This document shows, in pieces, positions 7,455 through 12,468 of a stretch of DNA of 12,468 nt. Each line of letters begins with the position of its first letter. Position 1 is the stretch's first letter. Under the pieces are notes generated by a model. The model searched no databases, was not told where the DNA came from, and saw nothing but the letters and a program-made list of their open reading frames with translations. The position numbers and the translations under genes were made by a program. The stretch is from Sulfurimonadaceae bacterium (lineage in GTDB: Bacteria > Campylobacterota > Campylobacteria > Campylobacterales > Sulfurimonadaceae), in NCBI GenBank assembly GCA_041548245.1, contig JBFESZ010000061.1, forward strand, positions 1 through 12,468, given 5' to 3'.

Positions 7455-8339
7455 ATGTTAAGATCGTTTATTATTACGTTAACAGCCTTATTTTTTTTTA
7501 TTTCATGCAGTTCCAATCCACAGAGCAAACTCAAAATCTCGGCTACAACATGGATAGGGTATTCGCCGCTTTTTTATGCTAAAGAGAAGGGGTGGCTGGA
7601 ACCTTTGAATATAAAGCTTTTAAACGTGAGCTCTTTAAGTGAGAATATGTACCTGTATGAAGCAGGCAATGCAGACGCTTATGTCGGAACACAATATGAA
7701 TATGAGCTTATCGTAAAAAAAGATCCCTCTTTAATGCCTATTATGTTGTTTGATCGCTCGTTTGGCGGTGACATTATCATGAGCAATACAAATATTGATA
7801 CCTTAAAGAACAACTCAGGCCCTATCGATGCCTACTTGGAGCTTGATTCGATAAACTCGACCTTGCTCAAGGATTTTATCAAAAAACATGCATTGAACAA
7901 TAAAACAATCAAGCATATCAATATGGACCAGGCACAGATATCGACATTAAAGAAAAAAAATTTCAAAAAAGATGTCATTATTGTGACTTATATTCCTTAT
8001 GACAGCCATTTGAAAAAGAATGGATTTCAAGAGATAGCCTCTACAAAAGATGGCCTTGACCTCTTGGTGCTGGACGCTTTATTTACAACGGAGCAAACGT
8101 TTAATAAACATAGAGAGCAGTTTGTTGCACTTAAAGCATTGGTTGACAAGGCTATTTCCACTCTTCATAACGATCCAAAAGAGTTCTATGAGGTTGTGAA
8201 GCCCTATATGCTTGAAGTCAGTTACAAAGACTTTCATGATTCACTTAATGATATTGTCTGGATAAACAAAGAGATGACTTCTGATCTTGAAAAACGTATC
8301 CAAGAGTCAGATTTTCCTACTAGAAACCTTCTAAGATGA
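7455..8339 (+). CDS. Lipoprotein solute-binding protein, NMT1/THI5/SsuA (NitT/TauT-type ABC SBP)-like; orphan
   Basis: Start re-called from TTG 7404 to ATG 7455 because GAGG lies at 7442-7445 and this gives a clean signal peptide MLRSFIITLTALFFFIS-C18 (294 aa). Family-like motifs TTWIGYSPLFYAKEKGWL, DRSFGGDIIM and VTYIPY. Confidence 0.82.
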   Translation: MLRSFIITLTALFFFISCSSNPQSKLKISATTWIGYSPLFYAKEKGWLEPLNIKLLNVSSLSENMYLYEAGNADAYVGTQYEYELIVKKDPSLMPIMLFDRSFGGDIIMSNTNIDTLKNNSGPIDAYLELDSINSTLLKDFIKKHALNNKTIKHINMDQAQISTLKKKNFKKDVIIVTYIPYDSHLKKNGFQEIASTKDGLDLLVLDALFTTEQTFNKHREQFVALKALVDKAISTLHNDPKEFYEVVKPYMLEVSYKDFHDSLNDIVWINKEMTSDLEKRIQESDFPTRNLLR

Positions 8340-10327
8340 CATTGACGATCAAGAGCTTTTCATTTTTTCTCATTTTTCTTCTTTTTAGCGTTCTGTATGG
8401 AACTTTTGCAAAATATTTCTTCGATCAACGTGAAAATACGGCAGGTGTCATTTTAAAAAGTCTACAAAATGATATGTCCGAACTCAGCTATATCTTATCC
8501 AAAAATATCAAAAGTAAAGCATCGGTTAGTTCACATAGAGCTATATTGGAAAGAGCAGTTTCAAATAATGATTTCATCAAGGCAATCATTATCGCCGATG
8601 ACAGCAAAGTTTTACTGACAACTGATCGTAACTACAAGAGTATCCCATCCAAATATCTGCTTTCTAATGGCCTGGCTATAAACACCTATAAAAAACTATT
8701 GAACAAAAAAGGTATTGAGGGTGTTGTCAGGTTCTACGAGGGAGACACTCAGTATCAACTTAATCTTTTGTTTATGCTTGAACAGGACGAGATCATCACT
8801 TATTTTGAAAAAGACACATTGCGATTTTTCATCTTCTTTGGCCTGATCCCGATAATGGCACTTACTCTCTTATGGATCGCTTTTCACCACTACATATACA
8901 GACCTATGGAGCGTTTACGACAATATGCCTATTATCAAAGTAACATACCAAGCTCTTTCAGACTTCGTGAGCTCGAAGCTATTCGCTCATCCATGGTACA
9001 AACCTTTACACGGCTTGAGCAGGAACAAAAAGAGCTATATGATATCGCTCGAACCGATGAACTTAGCGGTCTTGCCAATCGCAATGCCTTACATGAGTAT
9101 CTCGATCGCCTCATTGCCGATTCAAGACGCTCAGACAAGGAGTTCGCTTTCCTCTTTCTTGATCTGGATCATTTTAAGGATGTGAATGATGCGCTTGGTC
9201 ATCAAGTGGGCGATGAACTCCTAAAGAATGTCGCTTCAGTAATTCAGCAGGTCTTGCGTTCGAACGACTTTGTCGCACGAGTCGGTGGAGATGAGTTTGT
9301 TATCGTCTTACATAATTATAAATCGCTTTTAGAGTTGATAAACGTCATTAAACGTATTCAAGACCGCTTAAGTCAGCCGTGGGTAATCCAGACGCATCCC
9401 GTTGATGTCAAAAGTAGTATAGGTGTTGCTTTTTTCCCTAAAGACGGAGAAGATATCGGTTCTTTAATGCAGCATGCCGATATAGCCATGTATGAGGCGA
9501 AGAATAAGGGACGTGCGCAATACCACTTTTTTACAGAAGAGCTAAATGCCAAAGTCCAAGAAAACATCGCGCTTGACAGATCCATGCGCGAAGCGTTCAA
9601 GCAGCACGAGTATGAGCTTTATTATCAGCCTAAGATTAACATGGATAATGGAAAAATTATTGGTGTCGAAGCCTTGATTCGATGGATCAGTCCAATGAAA
9701 GGCATTGTACCGCCAAGTGTATTTATCCCTCTTGCCGAAGAGAATGGTTTTATCGTTGAACTTGGATGTTGGATCCTAGATGAGGCCCTGAGACAGCAAG
9801 CGAAATGGAAAGAGCAGGGACTTGATATTGATGTATCGATCAATATTGCGACACAGCAGTTGGTGGATGACCTCTTCATCGAAAGGCTGAGTGATTTATT
9901 GAAAAAGCACGATACAGACCCATCCCGCGTTGATTTTGAGATTACGGAATACCTTTTCCTGGAAAATACTGAGAACAACGCAAGAATATTAGAAATGGTA
10001 CGAGATCAAGGTATTTCCATCTCGCTTGACGATTTTGGAACAGGCTACTCGTCGCTGTCATATCTGAAAGATTTCCCAATTGATTACCTAAAAATAGACA
10101 AGGCATTCGTAGATGATTTCAACACACCTCAAGGTGCAATATTCCTTGATACAATAGTCAAGATGGGCCAAACTCTTGGTATCAAGATCATAGCGGAGGG
10201 GGTTGAATCAAAAGATCAGATGCATTATCTTAAAAGCATTGGTTGCGACATCTATCAAGGATATCTTTGTTCAAAACCGCTTTCATCAAAAGAGTTTGAA
10301 GTCTTTTACGCTGCATATGCATCATGA
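8336..10327 (+). CDS. Membrane-bound diguanylate cyclase/phosphodiesterase (TM-periplasmic sensor-TM-HAMP-like-GGDEF-EAL)
   Basis: 663 aa. Hydrophobic segments at about aa 8-26 and 164-183. GGDEF domain: TDELSGLANR, DLDHFKDVNDALGH, I-site RSND, RVGGDEF. EAL domain: YYQPK, VEALIRW, EITE, DDFGTGYSS, KIDK, IAEGVE, QGY. ATGA overlap with the upstream SBP gene. Confidence 0.96.
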   Translation: MTLTIKSFSFFLIFLLFSVLYGTFAKYFFDQRENTAGVILKSLQNDMSELSYILSKNIKSKASVSSHRAILERAVSNNDFIKAIIIADDSKVLLTTDRNYKSIPSKYLLSNGLAINTYKKLLNKKGIEGVVRFYEGDTQYQLNLLFMLEQDEIITYFEKDTLRFFIFFGLIPIMALTLLWIAFHHYIYRPMERLRQYAYYQSNIPSSFRLRELEAIRSSMVQTFTRLEQEQKELYDIARTDELSGLANRNALHEYLDRLIADSRRSDKEFAFLFLDLDHFKDVNDALGHQVGDELLKNVASVIQQVLRSNDFVARVGGDEFVIVLHNYKSLLELINVIKRIQDRLSQPWVIQTHPVDVKSSIGVAFFPKDGEDIGSLMQHADIAMYEAKNKGRAQYHFFTEELNAKVQENIALDRSMREAFKQHEYELYYQPKINMDNGKIIGVEALIRWISPMKGIVPPSVFIPLAEENGFIVELGCWILDEALRQQAKWKEQGLDIDVSINIATQQLVDDLFIERLSDLLKKHDTDPSRVDFEITEYLFLENTENNARILEMVRDQGISISLDDFGTGYSSLSYLKDFPIDYLKIDKAFVDDFNTPQGAIFLDTIVKMGQTLGIKIIAEGVESKDQMHYLKSIGCDIYQGYLCSKPLSSKEFEVFYAAYAS

Positions 10328-11986
10328 ATCAGAAGTGTTGTCCTCTTTACCCTTTTTAGCCACTTTTTTTATCCTAAAATTATCAGTATAGATAGGGTCG
10401 CTCAGTGTTTGAAAAAGCGAGGTTATCTTTACCTCATCACCTAATATCTTTTTATAAATCACATAATTGGCAAGAACTTTTTTTGCGTACTCTCTGCTTT
10501 CACTATTTGCCATTAGTTCCATACTCAAAAACGGCTCGAAACTCCCTCGTGAAAACTTCCCTTTAAGTAGATACCTTTTTGTAAAGCCGATGCCGCCATT
10601 GTAGGCATAGGCAATAAAAAGCGGGTGATAAAGATACTTTTTAAGATATTTAAGATGTTCAATGGCGTATTGAATATTCTTATAGGGGTTAAACATCTCT
10701 TCAAGTTTGACACTCTCTTTCTTTTGCTTAGCCAGGCCTTTAATTAAAAAAGGCATCATCTGCATAACACCCAAAGCATAAGAACGTGAGATAGCTGAAG
10801 GGATGAAATGACTCTCCTGTCGGCCCAATGCATATAGCAGAGCTTTGTCTTCCTTGCTTAAAGAGCGTGTAGCCTCTTTATAGGGCATGATGTAGTTATG
10901 TACTTTATAATCAAGCAACTTCGAATAGATAAAAGCGTTGATTACCTCGTCGTCTGTATTGTTAAACGACTCCATCATTTTTTTAAGTGCCTCTTTTTTT
11001 GATGTTCTGATTTTATCCAGTAGATCTTCCCAGACATAAGGGTCACTAAGGTCATGAGAGGAAGGCTGATCATCAAGTTCAAGCTGTGAGAAATAATTGT
11101 TTGTCTCTATATTAAGTTGCTCTCTGGCATAAAGCGAATAAATATTGATATCACTACTTTGAGCCAACAATTGCAAATATCTGTTATTCTTGGATGATAA
11201 ATAGTGCCAAAAAAGCGCCTTGTCCTTATCCATCTGATAATAGGCTTTGTTGTAAGCAATCTCCAGATAGTACCCAGCTTTTTTCGTCGCTTTAAAGCGT
11301 ATTGCATTCAGAGCCAGAAAAAAATAGGACTGCGCACTAAACTCATGCGGATCAAGTTCAAGCAATGACTCTTGCATCTTATCCATTTCAGCGTCAGTAA
11401 CGATATACTTTATCGCTCTTTCAAACCTTTTATCTTTTGCAAGTTCATTGATATGATTTTTTGAGAGCTTTACATTGAAGTACTTTTGTCTGTTCGCCTG
11501 ACCGAGCTCATTGAAGAGTTTAAGATAATGATCACTGCCACTTGCTAATAGCGTACTGACAAAAGGAGTCTCGTTCATCAGTATTATACGTTCACTTTTT
11601 TTCGGATGCTCTTTTTTCAAAAGCTGTGCGAAATGGCTTCTTTGTTCATTGCTTAACTTCATTGCCTTTATATAGCTCAGCCCGCTGTTAATACAGTCTG
11701 CACTAGTCTCATTTAGTAAAAAACCGATATCTCCCTGCATGCATTGATATTGTTTTTTTATAGCAGCATTGTCTGTTTTGAGCGAATAAACCTTGAGTAT
11801 TTTCGGGTTTAGTTTGTTTTGAACCAGTTTGTAGGCTTTATCAGCTTCAGAGGCGTTGATATCGGTCTGAAAATATTGCCAAATTTGAAAATCTCTGACA
11901 TGACCTTGTGGGCTTTCTTTGAGTATTTTGAATGAAGAGCCTGCAGATAAAAGGGCAGGGATGAGAAGGAAAACGAGTCTTATCAT
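10322..11986 (-). CDS. slt: Soluble lytic murein transglycosylase (Slt-like)
   Basis: 554 aa. Signal peptide, helical N-region, and SLT motifs RQESHF (catalytic Glu), ALGVMQMMP, AYAYNGGIG and ESREYAKKV. Confidence 0.93.
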   Translation of the reverse strand: MIRLVFLLIPALLSAGSSFKILKESPQGHVRDFQIWQYFQTDINASEADKAYKLVQNKLNPKILKVYSLKTDNAAIKKQYQCMQGDIGFLLNETSADCINSGLSYIKAMKLSNEQRSHFAQLLKKEHPKKSERIILMNETPFVSTLLASGSDHYLKLFNELGQANRQKYFNVKLSKNHINELAKDKRFERAIKYIVTDAEMDKMQESLLELDPHEFSAQSYFFLALNAIRFKATKKAGYYLEIAYNKAYYQMDKDKALFWHYLSSKNNRYLQLLAQSSDINIYSLYAREQLNIETNNYFSQLELDDQPSSHDLSDPYVWEDLLDKIRTSKKEALKKMMESFNNTDDEVINAFIYSKLLDYKVHNYIMPYKEATRSLSKEDKALLYALGRQESHFIPSAISRSYALGVMQMMPFLIKGLAKQKKESVKLEEMFNPYKNIQYAIEHLKYLKKYLYHPLFIAYAYNGGIGFTKRYLLKGKFSRGSFEPFLSMELMANSESREYAKKVLANYVIYKKILGDEVKITSLFQTLSDPIYTDNFRIKKVAKKGKEDNTSDS

Positions 11987-12258
11987 AAAGCGTGTTGTAT
12001 CGCCCTGACAAATATTTGTACGACTTGCAAAGTGACAATGATAATAAGTGGAGCTAAATCGATGCCATTGAAAATCGTCGGAATAAAGCGTCTGATCATG
12101 GCATATGTAGGATTGGTCATACGATAAAGAAACTGAACAATCGGATTAAAGGGGTCAGGGCGTACAAATGTCAATAGTGCTGCTATGATGACAATCCACA
12201 TATATATACCGATAAGGGCATTGAAAAGTCCTAATAGCTCTATCAATACTTGATTCAT
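11983..12258 (-). CDS. yggT: YggT family membrane protein
   Basis: 91 aa, hydrophobic. Motifs PDPFNPIVQFLYRMTNP and GIDLAPLI. ATGA overlaps with both neighbours. Confidence 0.93.
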   Translation of the reverse strand: MNQVLIELLGLFNALIGIYMWIVIIAALLTFVRPDPFNPIVQFLYRMTNPTYAMIRRFIPTIFNGIDLAPLIIIVTLQVVQIFVRAIQHAL

Positions 12259-12468
12259 TTAATTACCTCCACAAGATAGTTTTTGATCAATGGATAGATA
12301 AGATGAAGGTCAGGTCCCTTTTCCGCGCCGCATAAGAGTAACCGTAACGGTTTTGAAAGATCTGCATCTTTTAATCCGCTTTTGCTTATAAGATGTGATT
12401 TAAATTCCTCAAATGATTCAAAGAACGGCGCAGTCGAAAGTATGTCTTTCATCTTTGTTATCAATTGA
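12255..12468 (-). CDS. gltX: 3' end (partial) of glutamate--tRNA ligase, anticodon-binding domain
   Basis: The frame is open to the window edge. KPLRLLLCG...GPDL matches the GluRS C-terminal PLR..LTG...GP motif. The gltX-yggT-slt order is known from Helicobacter and Campylobacter. Confidence 0.85.
   Translation of the reverse strand, partial: QLITKMKDILSTAPFFESFEEFKSHLISKSGLKDADLSKPLRLLLCGAEKGPDLHLIYPLIKNYLVEVIK

Noticed and set aside
7491-7499. T9 tract in the SBP signal peptide as a phase-variation site
   Set aside because: It is in frame and encodes FFF in a hydrophobic signal. Such runs are common in AT-rich DNA, and Campylobacter phase variation mostly uses poly-G/C. Read-level length variation would be needed.
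8336-10327. LapD-type c-di-GMP receptor
   Set aside because: LapD has degenerate GGDEF/EAL motifs and pairs with the LapG cysteine protease. Here both catalytic motif sets are intact and the partner is an SBP.
15-12038. Short alternative-frame or antisense ORFs in the track (e.g. 15..200, 388..651, 1771..2022, 3375..3575, 6639..6881, 6926..7213, 9625..9978, 11847..12038)
   Set aside because: All overlap well-supported genes and show no recognisable motifs. They are treated as shadow ORFs.
1-12468. CRISPR arrays, tRNA/rRNA, IS elements, prophage or defence genes
   Set aside because: No repeat-spacer pattern, RNA-gene signature, transposase/integrase or nuclease motif was seen. Once the hidden coding frame at 2123-2419 is counted, intergenic gaps are all under about 135 bp.

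Overview
Chromosomal window from a Campylobacterota (epsilonproteobacterial, probably Sulfurovum/Sulfurimonas-like) genome. The backbone matches the gene order I recall from Campylobacter/Helicobacter. Minus strand: gltX (partial)-yggT-slt. Plus strand: a lipoprotein. Then a minus-strand operon mobB-fbp-small Cys protein-metG-Mur-like protein, extended here by a Tat-lipoprotein TRAP solute-binding gene and a soluble GGDEF gene. The 3' end of a VanY/M15-type peptidase missed by the ORF track lies at 1..72 (+). Main points: (1) a two-gene module between the lipoprotein and slt, pairing an orphan NMT1/SsuA-like lipoprotein solute-binding protein with an intact membrane GGDEF-EAL protein by an ATGA overlap, which is an NspS-MbaA-like c-di-GMP ligand sensor with a different ligand-binding family; (2) the Mur-like gene spans 2123..3127, is interrupted by one in-frame TAA, and its hidden C-terminus ends in a beta-clamp-motif-like QPSLF; (3) a 63-aa protein with a CX8CX2CX5C motif. 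No RNA genes, CRISPR arrays or mobile elements were seen. All family calls come from motif recognition, not database searches.
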